A DNA stretch of 63,440 nt, filler included, from Rhabdomonas costata (GCA_019059605.1; 49 parts of 49 records of this genome joined end to end with filler, not necessarily neighbours in it); one strand, 5' to 3'. Shown: positions 50,773-63,440, counted from the first letter of the whole stretch. The notes: generated from the letters alone by a model not told the origin. A program made the numbers and translations.

Positions 50773-51700
50773 GACATATGAGGATCTGCTTGCCCATGCC
50801 TCATGGGTGACCGAGCAGCTGCGGCAGGCGGGGGTTCGCCCCGGAGAGCGCGTGGTACTGGTTTTCCCTGACACCCCGCTGAGCTTCCTGGCAGGCTTCT
50901 TTGGGGTCGTGCTGGCCGGGGCGGTGGCTGTGCCGTGCCCCCCACCAGAGCCGGGCCACTTGCACCGCAGCCTGGCAAGGTGTCGCTTTGCGACTTTCAT
51001 TTTTCTGTTTGTTGTGATGGGCCCATTTTCCTGACTTTTTCGCCCTTTTCTGAACATCGTTTCTGATCCCTTTCTTGCACGGAGACGGCGCAGTGGTAAC
51101 ACTGCAGTCTGGCAAACGAAGGAGCCCTGGTTCGACTCTCAGTCTCCGAATGGTCCTCGTCTCGGGTTAACCCCTAGGATATGTGTATGTATGCGTGAGT
51201 GTGCTTGCGTGCGCAGAAGAGAGTGCGCACTGGCGCATCGTCGTCTCTCGGCCTTTTCTGCGTTCACTGTTTGTGGATAAAGCAGTGATGCACTGTCACC
51301 GGCTCCAGGATAAGACGGCTCATGGATGGCCTCCTGGCGATGACTCCTAGCCCACCGCCTTGAGGGACAGAAAGCTGCCGCTGTCCTTAGAGAGGTCAAA
51401 AAGGCTTACCAAAGGCAGGGGGGTGTTGGCCGCCATCATTCTCACGTCGTACTGTCCTCCGTTGTGCAGGCTTGTGGGCATCGTGAAAGACTGCGACCCG
51501 TCGGCGGTGGTCACCACCTCCGCTGTACGGGCTGCCCTGCTGACCCAGCCCCCACAAGGGCTTCCTGCACTGCGCTGGGTGGAGGTCCCTAGCGATGCCA
51601 CGCAGTGGGCTCAGCACAGCAAAGGCAAAGGGACAGTATCGGTGGTCAGCCCTTCTTACTGTGATCCCCAGGACCTGGCGATGTTGCAGTACACGTCAGG
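50773..51700 (+). CDS. Fatty acyl-AMP ligase (FAAL)-like adenylation domain, partial (2 exons)
   Basis: Exons 50773-50979 and 51470-51700 give TYEDLLAHASWVTEQLRQAGVRPGERVVLVFPDTPLSFLAGFFGVVLAGAVAVPCPPPEPGHLHRSLAR|LVGIVKDCDPSAVVTT...DPQDLAMLQYTSG. AVP..PP, RL..IV.D..P and LQYTSG are FAAL/FadD-like. Confidence 0.8.
51080..51148 (+). other. Degenerate tRNA-like sequence (tRNA pseudogene or SINE head) in FAAL intron
   Basis: A-box-like CGGCGCAGTGG and B-box-like GGTTCGACTC at tRNA spacing. Terminal CGGAGAC/GTCTCCG pair, with a loop CTGGCAA. The D, anticodon and T stems pair poorly. Confidence 0.5.
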
Positions 51701-54700
51701 GTAAGCACGCTCCTTTTTGTGGCCAACACCCGATAGCACCTTCCTTATTTTGGAACCAAAACCAACCNNNNNNNNNNNNNNNNNNNNNNNNNNNNNNNNN
51801 NNNNNNNNNNNTTAATTAATTAANNNNNNNNNNNNNNNNNNNNNNNNNNNNNNNNNNNNNNNNNNNNGGGTTGTTGGGGGTGATATAAGTCTGCTGGGAA
51901 TACTGAGAAACATGGATCCACCGTGCGTGCCCCACGCTGCGCACGAAAACGTCAGCATCACTTTTTCTGTGTCAAGTCAACATCCATCCCGTTCACATCC
52001 CCTGACAAGAGTCGTAACTGCAAGAGCATCCGTGCATGTCCCACCGAAGAGACAGGGAGGAGACGGGCCCAGTGTACTGAGAGACCCCGCAGGGTCAGTG
52101 CACCTCTCAAAGAAAAGAAACTTAGTGGGTGCTGGAAGAGAAACAGTGGTATTACAGCCCACACTGAGCACAGAGCAAGGAGGAGACAAACCACGACGAG
52201 TGACTGGAAGGAATGCGTTCTTTTGCTCAGTCGGCTTCAAAGTGGAGAATCCCTATCACTCACAACTCACAAAAGCAAGCGCACGCATGCATTCGCGTCG
52301 CACTTCCATCCCCATTCTTGCGTGCATCCTCATGGACGTAAACAAGTACTGGAAGGAGCACTTCACAGACACACTGCCACAGAGTGATTTCCTTGTGCAA
52401 CGCCAGCGAAGAAAGACTGAGACAAGGCCCATAATCGGCAGCCCCAGGGATAACCACAGCAGTAGAGGACACAAGCCCGGGCAAGGTGGATGAGGTGCAC
52501 AGCCCACCAACGAATCAAAACGGAAGAACACACATGAAGGTGATCTTGTAACCAAACAAATGCCGCGACTCTCGCATGGATCCAATGGTCAGAAGGAATA
52601 GGTACAAGGAAGAAAAAAGGTGATACACAAGGAAGTGGGCAGGGCATCGAAGGGCTTTCGTGATGATGACGCGAAGGAGCGGAGGGCGTAGAGAGCGTGA
52701 GAGGAGTCGCGCTCCACGCGAGTGGAATTTGCAGAGGACCCAGCATCAACCAGATCCACACATCTGTGCACAGTCCACGCTTCACCAGAGCCCGTCCCAC
52801 ATGCCCACCACGTACCTCACCGCATGGATACCATGACAACTATCGTATTATATTGCCACGGACAAACTTCCATGTAGTCAACAAGACACGAAAACCTATG
52901 CAAACACATTTTTCCGCAGAGAGAGAGAGAGAGGACGTGGGTGAGAGGAGAAGAGAAAAGAAGGATAGTGCTGATTCGCTTTCTCTGAAACCAAGCCTCG
53001 AATCCAATACTCACGCACACGCACACACACACACGCTTAAAGTCAGACTGAAGACCACCAACANNNNNNNNNNNNNNNNNNNNNNNNNNNNNNNNNNNNN
53101 NNNNNNNTTAATTAATTAANNNNNNNNNNNNNNNNNNNNNNNNNNNNNNNNNNNNNNNNNNNNTCGCTGTCATCAAGGACCCAAAATCATCTCCCTGTGA
53201 AAACAGGAGGGATCACAACAAATTTTCCGCGAAAGGGTTCCGTTTGTGCGCCACAGCCATGTTTTTAGGTACAAAGATGGCAAAAAGAGGAGGGGGGGGG
53301 GCGTTCTGTCCCTTCTGACCAGGGAAAACCTCTAAAATTCAGCCTTTCATCACTTTCCGGAACAGTTATACGTCCTGTTTCGCGGTGAAAAATGTGTGAA
53401 ACGGTAGGCCTCCGTCATACAACAGAATGACATTAATACGAGTCAGAGTAGCTCACCTGAGTTATTGTCGGAACGCTTTTTGGGGTTAAAATGGTCCTTC
53501 TGGAGCCCATTCCTCTAATGGGCTTTTCCGGGCTGGACCAGTTCTTTCTGGCTAAAATCGGACCTTCAGAGGTGCTCCAGCACACCTTTTGTGTCAAAAT
53601 AATGCCTTTCTAGGCGGCTGGCACGGAGCCATGCGACGCCGCAGGCAAACACCCGAAATGCGCCCAAAATACACCCCGAAACCCCTTAAAAACAGCCAAT
53701 TCCAGCCTTCCACCCGAAATACAACGTTTTGCAAAACATATTGAACACCCCCCTTTCACCCCAATACGTCAATGTTGAAAATTGGTCCCGGCAACAATGA
53801 ACTCCCTATGACAAACTACCGATATGCCCCAACATTGACCATGACTGGGGGAGAGGGGGGGTGTTCAATCCAGTTTTGCAAAACGTTGTCTTGATTTTTA
53901 TTTTTCGAAAAAGGTGATTTTTAAGCAGCAAACGCACAATAAATTGACTTAGCGGCACTACTTCATGAGTTTTTCGAGAAAGGGGTGGCTTTCGACTGCA
54001 TACGGGCCATTTATAACGACGTTCATACCGCACCAAAAGCGCAAAACTGCCACAAAAGGCTGGGTCAACCAAACAACAAGTAATTCTGCACCGATGGAAC
54101 GGAAAAAACACAGGAAAACGTGTGCGCTGCAAGACAATACACAACCGTTCAACAGCAAAAACAGTCTAATTCTGTCCACGAACGGCCGAGCGGCGGGGTG
54201 CCAGGGGTTTTTTCCATCTCAGAATGCTGAATTAAACTGCGGTTTCACATGAAACAGCAATGATAACCAAAGTCAATGCTCGCTTACCAGCGGACTCTCC
54301 AGAAAAACAGCAGAAAAACAGGACAGTTTGCCCTCAATGACGAAGTACTGAGTCCAAAAGGCCCCCAANNNNNNNNNNNNNNNNNNNNNNNNNNNNNNNN
54401 NNNNNNNNNNNNTTAATTAATTAANNNNNNNNNNNNNNNNNNNNNNNNNNNNNNNNNNNNNNNNNNNNGGGGGAGGCCAGCCTGCCGCGCAGCAGGCTGG
54501 CCTCCGTCCCCAAAGTAATACTGTGCCACTTGTTGGCTGAAGCTCACTCACCACCAAGAATAACTGAAACGTGAGCGACCCATGGAAAAGCACGCAACTT
54601 CTTTGACTTAGGGACAGTTGTCTCTGTTTGTTCGTGTTTGTGTGTGTTTGTGCGATGTAAAGACAGAAAAGAAACGCACACACGTGAAGGAGAGCGATGA

Positions 54701-55764
54701 TGGAAAGAAAAGAAAAGCTGCCCCTAACCTAAGACGCGCGCAGCCTGGGTGGGTCAGACGTGGGGTGCCGGCTCACCAGGCAACAGGCCAAGACCCTCCG
54801 CCTGCCCCACGTGTCCCAGGCTTATGTACAAGCACCCAAGACGTTGCCAGCGTCCTGCAAGATGCCCAAATTGGCCAACCCTGCTCGCGTGGTGATGCGA
54901 TCGGTATCTGGAAAGAATATCTTACCGAACTCCAATTCCGTCCTGCAAAAGAAGGTTCCATCACCGTATCATCTAGTTATCTTGTACCTAGGTTATTTTC
55001 CTGTTACTCAACGCTGTTTATGGCACTTTCTCTTGTATTTTTTTGTGGCATTTCCCCTGTGTGTTCCTGAAAATAGTCGCATAATTAGTGGATATTTCTC
55101 AGGTCCCGAAGTGAAAATAGCAGGTATGTGTGTCAGATATTTTTTGATGGGGGGCCTCTGCAGCTTCAGGGGACTTCCGATGGATTCTCGGTGGTTGCGG
55201 AGTACATGGGGAGGCAGATCTTCAGCGGGGCTGTGGGCTCCCATGTGTTGCAATACACTCCCGAGGGGGAAGAGGACGACCTCCTAGACTCCTGAGCTGC
55301 CCCACCACCACCACCGCTTTGCGCGTACTGTGTGGCCTTCTACGGTTCCACTCACCGTTTGGTGTTCACTGTACTGAGTTTGCTAATTGCGTGCATTGCA
55401 ACGTGCTGCGGTTTTGTGAGGAAAGAAGCGTGCATCTCTGCACACGCACTGCTGTCAAGTGGTGATGCGACTAAACGTGCGACCAAAAATATCAAGGGTT
55501 TCAGCGCGTGTCGTTTCAAAGCTCTACCTTTTGCTGAGATGCGGTATGAAGGCAACTCTTGGACGTTTGAGCTTCTTTTGTGTACCAAAGTTGTGCCTCT
55601 TATGGGCACGCATCACTAATCAAGGGTTTACTAGCTCATGTAACCATTCCATCATTCGGTTATGNNNNNNNNNNNNNNNNNNNNNNNNNNNNNNNNNNNN
55701 NNNNNNNNTTAATTAATTAANNNNNNNNNNNNNNNNNNNNNNNNNNNNNNNNNNNNNNNNNNNN

Positions 55765-56960
55765 GCTCCTCGAAATCAGACATTTGTCGGTGTTAAAATT
55801 TGTCACAACGTCAGAAGATTCATGGAACTCTGTGGGTTGTACCAGATGTTTGTTGTAGAATACGCCATTTTAGATGTTCCATAGACAGACAATATGCAGA
55901 CAAATGCAGATATGCAAAACTGGCATCAAGTCGGCCTGGTTTACCAAACAGCATCAAAATGTACGTTGCCGAGTTAGTGTCCTGTCAGAAAACAATATCT
56001 TTTTCACTATTACATTAAAAAGCGATTTTTGTTATACACAGACGCTTCAGACGTTGATTTCTAGGAGTTTCAATACTGATAGCCTGTCATTCTATAAAGC
56101 TAAAGTAAAAAATAAACCCTTTCCATGAAAATGAGATTATAGGATTTGAGGCACTATATACGAGGCTCAGAGTGCCACATGTACACCTATAAAGTAGCTC
56201 TAATGTACCTCCAAAACGTAGCTTGTACTTCCTTGTGTCATGTGGTGTGGCTAAAAAACTGCAGCTACATCTACATCTCACTGAAGATTGCTCATGTCCA
56301 CGTCAAAATGAACACTCAAGGTGAGGCATTGTTCAGAATCCTTCTGCTGCGTGACAAATATTCCAGCTTTCCAAATAACAAAACGCTGAAAACGGCCGCT
56401 TTGCCTCATGCGTATTTGTGGTCATTTACTGTTGTGCATATATGAATGAAAAAACCATCCTTTAATTGACTGCCTTTTCAAATGGTTTGGCTCTATTAAT
56501 TTCTGCACATACTGACCAATTATTTTTCCGGCAGCTCCGTCCCATTAGTTGTGACTTCTTTTGCTAAAACGTTCGAGTTTACTGCTATGTCACCAGTCTT
56601 GTCATCAATTAAATATTATGGTCTTTACGTAACTGCAATGTTTGAGACCGATCATCCACAGTTGGTTGTCAACTATGGCATGGAAGAATCAGTGTCAACG
56701 GCGACTGATGCTCAATGATATCCCTGTCTCTATATTTTGAAACAAAAATCATGTCATGTTCGAAAATGATCCATTGTGGAAACACGTGCTCTCATTAAAA
56801 ATTTCAGTGTCCTCCACAAATTAATCATTCATGAACAAGTTGACGGTGTGGTGTGTGTAACACAACTGTGTCAATGTGTGTATAAAAGCAATACTTCTGA
56901 CATAATAACAATCCATGGTTATATGAATCGTGTTTAATGGAGTCTTTATCACCCACAAAA
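55765..56960 (+). mobile_element. Decayed Ty3/gypsy LTR-retrotransposon pol (RT connection, RNase H, possibly start of integrase)
   Basis: AT-rich contig. Motifs in order with stops and frameshifts: VRRFMELCGLYQMFVVEYAILDVP*TD (cf. VRSFLGL.GYYR.F+..YA....PLT), KRFLLYTDASD, LRHYIRGSECHMYTYKVALMYL (cf. FR.YL.G..F.V.TDH.AL.YL), KIAHVHVKMNTQGEALFR (cf. I.H..GK.N..ADALSR). Confidence 0.8.
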
Positions 56961-59142
56961 NNNNNNNNNNNNNNNNNNNNNNNNNNNNNNNNNNNNNNNN
57001 NNNNTTAATTAATTAANNNNNNNNNNNNNNNNNNNNNNNNNNNNNNNNNNNNNNNNNNNNGGTGTTTTTTGTCCTGTAGTCACGCTGCAGAGATTTCGAA
57101 CTGTTGTTGGGGTATAACGCGCAGCTTGGACTTCTCTTTCACTTCACGGCTCTTGGGTGCCAGCTGCTGCGCCACCCCATTTCTCGCTATCTTTGGTGCT
57201 TCATTTGCCCCGCCCTCACGTACGCACACAAACGCGCGCGCACACACAGGCGGCTGCTCACGGCTCTGAGCGTTCCCGCAGAAGTTGTGGCTAAGTTCTG
57301 TGCTCGGCTGCAAAGCCTGTGTCAGGTGCCCCAGGAATTACACAGACACACACACCGGGCCTCGTGACGGCATCTTTTCTCTTGCAATGGGTGGCTTTGA
57401 GTTTTAGACCCCCCGTGCCAGCACCTAGGCTGAGCGTCTTGAGTAGGACACCTTTTCATTTGATAAATGTGTAATGGGATGGGGAGAGAAAAGTCAAATT
57501 TCCGAAGAACGCCAGAAGACCAGACCAGCTTCGAAATGACAGTAGTGCACTGGTGAAAGGTGGCAAGCTCAGCTGTAAATCAACACCCGCAACTCAATTC
57601 AGTGCATGACTTCATTGGGCACTTCCAATCGCTAGGCGCAGAATTTGAAAGATCAGCAGTTGGATGGGCGCAGCAGGCACGGCCGCTTTTGACGCCTGCA
57701 ACACTGGTCCTCCCTGGCGCCTTGCCTCTCCGCCACCATTAAATTTCGGACGGAGGATTGGAGCGTTTGTTGTCATGTAGTCCTTTGGTGACGGGCCTGA
57801 GAGCTGCGGATGTTGGAGTTGGCTTAAGGGCAGGCTGCCCCCCCCCCTGCGCCTTCAGTTCCGCCTTGCGGTCACCGGCGCCCTTGACCATTCGGACTCG
57901 CACATCCTGTGTACAGGATTGGCTCTTGGCAAAGCATGTATCGTGAGTTAAAATCTGGGGTGCCACCGTGCGCCCGTCCTACAACACCATTTCGTCGTGG
58001 TGCGCGAATCGAATTCTCACCACTAATACGTGCCGTTGCGGGAGGGGGTGAAGTGTCCTCTTGTACCATCTCATCTGCTCTTTGCAGAACGTTAGTCCCA
58101 TTAAGTACTTCAATAATTTTCACGTTGCTGAAAAAGCGTATAAAAAATGCCCTTCTCCCCCTTTCGGAAAATCATGCGAAGAGTCGAGGAAACATATGAA
58201 ACCTTGAAAAAAAAAGTGATGATGAGGAAACTTGGGCAAGACAAGCTTGAAAAATCNNNNNNNNNNNNNNNNNNNNNNNNNNNNNNNNNNNNNNNNNNNN
58301 TTAATTAATTAANNNNNNNNNNNNNNNNNNNNNNNNNNNNNNNNNNNNNNNNNNNNGTGGTTTTGGGATACTTTGTAAACATCCATAATGAGACTCTCAT
58401 TATGATGAGACTATTATTATAATGGGACTTTTATTACTTACTGCGTGCAATGAACGCCTCCAACCGGGCTTGGTGTTTGCGGATTTGCCAGCACTGTGCC
58501 CAGAACCAGGAGTTGTTGTCCTTTGGGGCGGTATATGAAAATGTCCCGGAGGGTAAAAAACTGGGTTTTATGTTCGCTCAGATTGTCGCCTATTTCTATT
58601 TTTTCCGAACACTTCCGTTTTGCCCCAGAGTGAGAAGAAAACTACCACAGGCACGAGTGTGCACTGCTCAGCCGAAAGGCAGTGAAAGGGGTTTCTATTA
58701 TGCACATTTGGTGGGGGAGGGCGGAAGGCATTCGTGTTCCGAACGCCAATTGTTAAATGACATGGGTCGGAATGTTGCTGTGTTGGGTTGCGGTTGTAGT
58801 GAGGGTCCTGTGGTTCTGATTTCTGTGGAGGTGAGGCACCGGGTCAGCGCAGAGTTGCGAGGTTCTGCGCGTCAGCGGGCTGGCTTGCAAGGGGTGACAT
58901 TCTTAAGGGAAATAAGGTTTTGATAAAGAGCCTGTATGTTTTATTGCTGGTTTTCATAAATTTATATTTATAAATGAAAAACCATTTTTTTCTCTTTCGA
59001 TCGAATATTAACCTAGAACCCACAACCCCCAAAATCCAAACGCGACAAAGGGTGCCCTGAAGCAAATCTTGCAGGACGAGTGCAAGCTTGGTTGAGGATT
59101 GCCACTTTACTTCTTTAATTTTCGGTTCTGGTCTATTTTCAG

Positions 59143-59223
59143 GAATGAGTTTGCTTCACTGGGCGAGCTGCAACGGTCGCCCCAGCGCGGTTCAAGTTCT
59201 GCTCAAATATGGGGCACTGCGGG
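59143..59223 (+). CDS. Ankyrin repeat exon
   Basis: TTTTCAG| then GMSLLHWASCNGRPSAVQVLLKYG(A). The 3' boundary is uncertain (GC donor at ~59214 or GT at 59224). Confidence 0.8.
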
Positions 59224-60545
59224 GTATCCCCCCCGTCCCCTCATTGAATTTTACTTTTCTGTTCCTCTGGTTTCTTTGCCTCCCTTTTTGCGCTTCACAG
59301 CAAGGTAAAGAGCAAGGAGCCACCGCAGTTTCAGTAAAGAATAGCAGAGCACCACGAAGCAAAAAACAATTGACAGAAGCAAAATACGTCGTGAAAAATC
59401 ATGCAGCAACCGCAAAAGGAGAGGGAGGACCGCGAATGTGAGGGCGAGAGAGGAGCGCAAAAAATGAAATGTAATGTAAAGTTTTTTCTGAGAAAGACTC
59501 ACGGCACTGCGGCACAAGCACAAGAGTTCGGGAAGAGTGCAACACAAAACAANNNNNNNNNNNNNNNNNNNNNNNNNNNNNNNNNNNNNNNNNNNNTTAA
59601 TTAATTAANNNNNNNNNNNNNNNNNNNNNNNNNNNNNNNNNNNNNNNNNNNNGCTGGTAGAGCTGGATGGCTTCAACCGCTTCCAATTCCAGAAGTGTTT
59701 GCTGTGATGTGACTGTTGGAGGTTTTGGCGGCGGTCTCAACCGCGTAGTTGGCTCCGGATGGGCTTGGCGCCATTAAACCTTTCGTATGTCTTACGTCTT
59801 AACGTGTGGCGTTTGCACGGAAAGCAGTTAGCAATGATATTGCCTTGTTGCTTCCGTGACCTGTTTCTATGAAGTAAAAGTGCCCCAAGTCAATCTGCTA
59901 TAAAAAACGTGCTTTTTCTTTTCGGCACCATTGCGGGCCAATGTCGTGGCCCGCAAACTTCAGGAACCCAGGGTTTTTTGTAGTTTTGTTGCGGTGCGTC
60001 CGGAGGTCGTTGGGACAAATGAGCCGGCAAATGGGACGAATTTTTGCATTATTGCCGTTTGATCGGTTTGAAGTCAAGCCAATATGATATTTGGTGCTCC
60101 CAGCATTTCGTGGGCGATGGTTTTGGTAGGGGCCAGGTCTTTTTTAGAACACGGCGGGGTGGCATGACGCAATGAAAGAAATTTCCACTTTTCTCAAGTC
60201 GGTGTTGAAAAAACAATCGAATAAACAAAAACCTTAAACCAAAGACATAGAAAAAGCTGACAGCTTTTTTCAAAGGCCAGCACTCTCTTGCAATGTCGGC
60301 GGGTCGGTTTCTGAACATGGAACTGGCCCCTTTTTCCTGGAACCTACTTTATAAAATACCGTGTTGAATGGGTTTTCCTGAAACCCGTTCGTTTCCTGGA
60401 TCCCATTGCAAAAGGTTTATAAATAGCAAAGAATAAACGGGATGGAGAATCCCGTAATTCAAGAAAACGTGGTGGAGAGAATGCCCAAAAACAGAAAAAG
60501 AAAATTCCAGGCGTATAAAAAAGGAAAATGTTAACCCGGGTTTTG

Positions 60546-60587
60546 TGAAAATGAAAATGAAAATGAAAATGAAAATGAAAATGAAAA
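60546..60587 (+). repeat. Hexanucleotide microsatellite (TGAAAA)x7
   Basis: Seven perfect units read directly. Confidence 0.95.
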
Positions 60588-61988
60588 CACGCGTATCAAG
60601 GCAAGAAGGGGCAGCGAGGCGAAGGGGCTAATTCTCGTTGGCAGTAACTGGGGGATGGACCGGCTGAAGGCTGTTCGCGCCACCGTTAACCCCTCCGCGC
60701 GAAAACGGCCCAGAACGTCTGATGGCCGAGTGCGCATTTCCGCCATTCCGGCGCCCAAGAAAACATACGCCACGTCACACCGCGCCCAGGCGCCCGGGCA
60801 CACCGCGCCTGGGCCCTAACACGGGGGCTGGAGACAAGACCAAAAACCNNNNNNNNNNNNNNNNNNNNNNNNNNNNNNNNNNNNNNNNNNNNTTAATTAA
60901 TTAANNNNNNNNNNNNNNNNNNNNNNNNNNNNNNNNNNNNNNNNNNNNGTTGTTGTTTATGTTTTGCTCACAGAATTTGAAATCGTTGATGGCGTCCACA
61001 TGTTCATCATCTATCCTCCCGGTGTGCTTGTGAGGATGTGGGAGTGAAAAAATGTGAAAATGCTTCCTCACAATGAACTTTGAAACGGATCAGTGCGGAT
61101 CTGGTCTTGTTTGGCGGTGATGTAATTAGCGCTGGCAAGTATTCTGCAAATCCTAAGAAAGGCTTCAAGACCTGAAGGATAGCATTCTCAATGTAGTCAA
61201 TGGAGTTCCGATGTCTTATGCTCATTTTCGTCTTACGCGTTTTCACTCCAACGCAGAGCACAGCAAGGGTTTCGCCGCCTTCACGCAAGCGTTGGAGCAA
61301 GCCCGGTCACCACGACGGTCATTGACAAAGGAACAGTAGCCGCGTTCGGGAGCCTTTTCTTTCGGGACGAAAGAGTTGTGGTGTATAGTACGTGCCCTGT
61401 TGATGGCTAAGCACTGTTGTTGTTGGCATGACTGAATGAATGAGTTGTGTATGTCTGCTTACTGGATTGTGGCGGCTTCGAATGTTGGTTGGGTTGCATC
61501 TCTCGGTTTCCCGTTGAAATAGCGTAACGCAGCTCAGTTCTTCCACCCCCAAGGTGCCAGTCGTTGGTCGTCCCCGACGCATCCCAATCTGGTCGCCATT
61601 TCGGGCTCTCTTGCACAGATACGCGGAAAACCCTTCATCACACATGCTTTTTCCTTTGGAGGTCCTTGGTTTTTAGTCGGTGATGCAGGCTTCTGTCACT
61701 GACCTCACTTTGAGTGAATTTGTGGGGTGTTTCGACCCCCCCCCCATTCCATGACAAAGTTGTATTTTTCTCTACAATGCAGTCGACAATCAGCGGCTAT
61801 TTTCGACGCTTCATCGGCTTCACCTTCTTCACTGCATCTTCTAGTTGGGAGTATCATTTCTCGCTTTTAGTTCTCGGTCACCCATCACCTTTAAGATGCA
61901 TTTACGGTGGTAAGCAATTGACGCCGAAGAGGAACTACTGTTGCATCTTCGCCCTCAAGCATCGCCTGTCACTGTTTGTGCGGACACA

Positions 61989-62120
61989 ATGGATGTCCCC
62001 ACGCCTGCCTCGGCGCCCCGGAGCTCAGCGGAGAAGGCAGACACGCTTCGGGAGCAAGGCAACTCCTTGGTGGAGAAGGGAGACCTTCTGCCCGCAGTGG
62101 AGCTGTACACGCAATCCCTG
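61989..62120 (+). CDS. TPR-containing protein, first exon
   Basis: MDVPTPASAPRSSAEKADTLREQGNSLVEKGDLLPAVELYTQSL|GTAATA, matching A..L+E.GN.....GD...A+..YT..L. Confidence 0.8.
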
Positions 62121-62382
62121 GTAATACCTCGTGCCCCCCCCACCNNNNNNNNNNNNNNNNNNNNNNNNNNNNNNNNNNNNNNNNNNNNTTAATTAATTAA
62201 NNNNNNNNNNNNNNNNNNNNNNNNNNNNNNNNNNNNNNNNNNNNGTGGGTGGGTAATACGAAAGTGAAGACGTGCTCAGTTTGTTTGGAAAAGACCTTTT
62301 TTTATTGAGATAGCGATATATCAGCAGAAATGCTGGGAGCTGTAGCCAAACGGCGCTCTCCAGGCTCTTCTGGTTCTGGTAG

Positions 62383-63051
62383 GGACGGGGGATTGGTGGG
62401 GATGCCAAGGGTGGCAATCCTGACGGCACATGAGGGGCGGATGGACCCTGTTTCTCAAGCGTGCACTGCAACCAAGCGGTGCTACGCCGCGGCTTACCCC
62501 AAGGAGGTTACGTTTATCCTTGACACCACTCCGTACTCTTTGAAGACCCGCCGGCACCCGACGTGGAACCGAGTGCCGGCCTGCCACAAGCATCTTCCAC
62601 AGGTCCAGCTTTCAGATGTGGTTGTGACTGTTATCATGCAACTTAAATATTGCTTCTTACTTCTCTGTCTTTGACGCTCGCTGGCGTGCTGCATACATAC
62701 TTTCATTACTTTCATTATTCTTCAGAGTCGTAAAAAATGAGTGTGTACACGCAGTGTGTGAGATAAATCTTTCAGGCGCAGCGAGGTTATAGATTCTCTT
62801 CTGCGGCCCATCAGCAGACACCCCCTTTTGATAAGAACGTCTGCATCCACACACGCGCGCGCTCAGGTGGACTGGCTGCTGTACCTTGACTCAGACATCG
62901 CGATGCTGAACCACAGCATTCGCATGGGTGACTTCCTGAGGCAACTGCACCCTCAGAGCTTCCTGGTGTGGACTGCCGGCCAGCGGGGCTTCAACGCGGG
63001 GGCGTTCCTGCTGCGCAACGTCCCGTGGTCGTACTGGTGGCTCCGAAAATG
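62383..63051 (+). CDS. Glycosyltransferase family 34 (GMA12/MNN10-like), partial (2 exons)
   Basis: Exons 62383-62602 and 62867-63051 give ...ATKRCYAAAY...RHPTWNRVPACHKHLPQ|VDWLLYLDSDIAMLNHSI...GFNAGAFLLRNVPWSYWWLRKW, with a DxD motif and N.G.FL+RN..WS..+L..W. Confidence 0.85.
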
Positions 63052-63291
63052 GTTGGTTGACCCTGACGCAAACTCTCTCACGCACACACATACACACAAA
63101 ATACTGAGTCCTGCCGTTGTGCCCATCCCTGACACTCCTGTGCAGCGTGCAGTAGATCTCAATCAATCAATCAATGATGGCCCTGTAGGGCAGCATCAAC
63201 CCTGTGCATTGCGATCCACTCTCTGTGGTGCGGGCACGAAGTACCGTGGACATAGCGACCCCAGCCGAAAAATTGGGCTGTAGTAAGGCCC

Positions 63292-63433
63292 TGGGATATG
63301 CGCAAAGTCGAGAAAAACCCAAAAGGAACCCTCACCTGAGGCTGGGATAATGCGAATGAAAGAGAATGCTGCCCGTGAACTCAACTCAGGAGAGGGTTCC
63401 TTTTGGGTTTTTCTCGACTTTGCGCATATCCCA
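63292..63433. repeat. 49-bp inverted repeat (1 mismatch) at contig end (likely fold-back artefact)
   Basis: 63292-63340 pairs with 63385-63433. The outer 42 bp are perfect, then one mismatch, then a 6-bp inner stem. Confidence 0.88.
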
Positions 63434-63440
63434 AACCCAG

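Noticed and set aside
51080..51148. Functional tRNA-Ala(GGC) gene
   Set aside because: D, anticodon and T stems do not pair properly and the U8 position is C. Kept only as tRNA-like.
55875..55975. RQY...KTGIK resembling a piggyBac transposase motif
   Set aside because: It needs a frame change and has no supporting DDD motifs. Another frame gives a coherent gypsy RT/RNase H series.

Overview
This is not a contiguous locus. The window is a pseudo-scaffold of 49 unrelated contigs of about 1.2 kb (roughly 1195-1205 bp). They are joined by 48 artificial 100-nt linkers (44 N + TTAATTAATTAA + 44 N), so adjacency between contigs has no biological meaning. The DNA comes from an intron-rich eukaryote with short GC-rich exons. 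The adenylate-cyclase types suggest a euglenozoan, probably euglenid-like, but that is an inference. Most contigs start with G/T-only and end with A/C-only runs, and four end in fold-back inverted repeats, which points to degenerate-primer whole-genome amplification. Recognisable spliced gene fragments are: formin FH2, STE11/MAP3K-like kinase, ABCG/PDR transporter, proteasome RPT3, PAS domain, papain-family protease prodomain, two adenylate-cyclase-type fragments, F-box, TARG1/OARD1 macrodomain, WD40, aquaporin, PARP-like ADP-ribosyltransferase, two ankyrin exons, FAAL-type adenylation domain, TPR and a GT34 glycosyltransferase. Mobile DNA comprises a 263-bp MITE with 24-bp TIRs and an 8-bp TSD (Merlin-like), a decayed CRE-clade non-LTR retrotransposon, a decayed Ty3/gypsy pol and a tRNA-like (SINE-head-like) insert. 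I found no convincing novel multi-gene system. The best leads are the MITE, the CRE relic, the intron-bearing FAAL, several GC splice donors, a possible non-AG (nonconventional) intron end, and an arylsulfotransferase-like exon next to an aquaporin exon.
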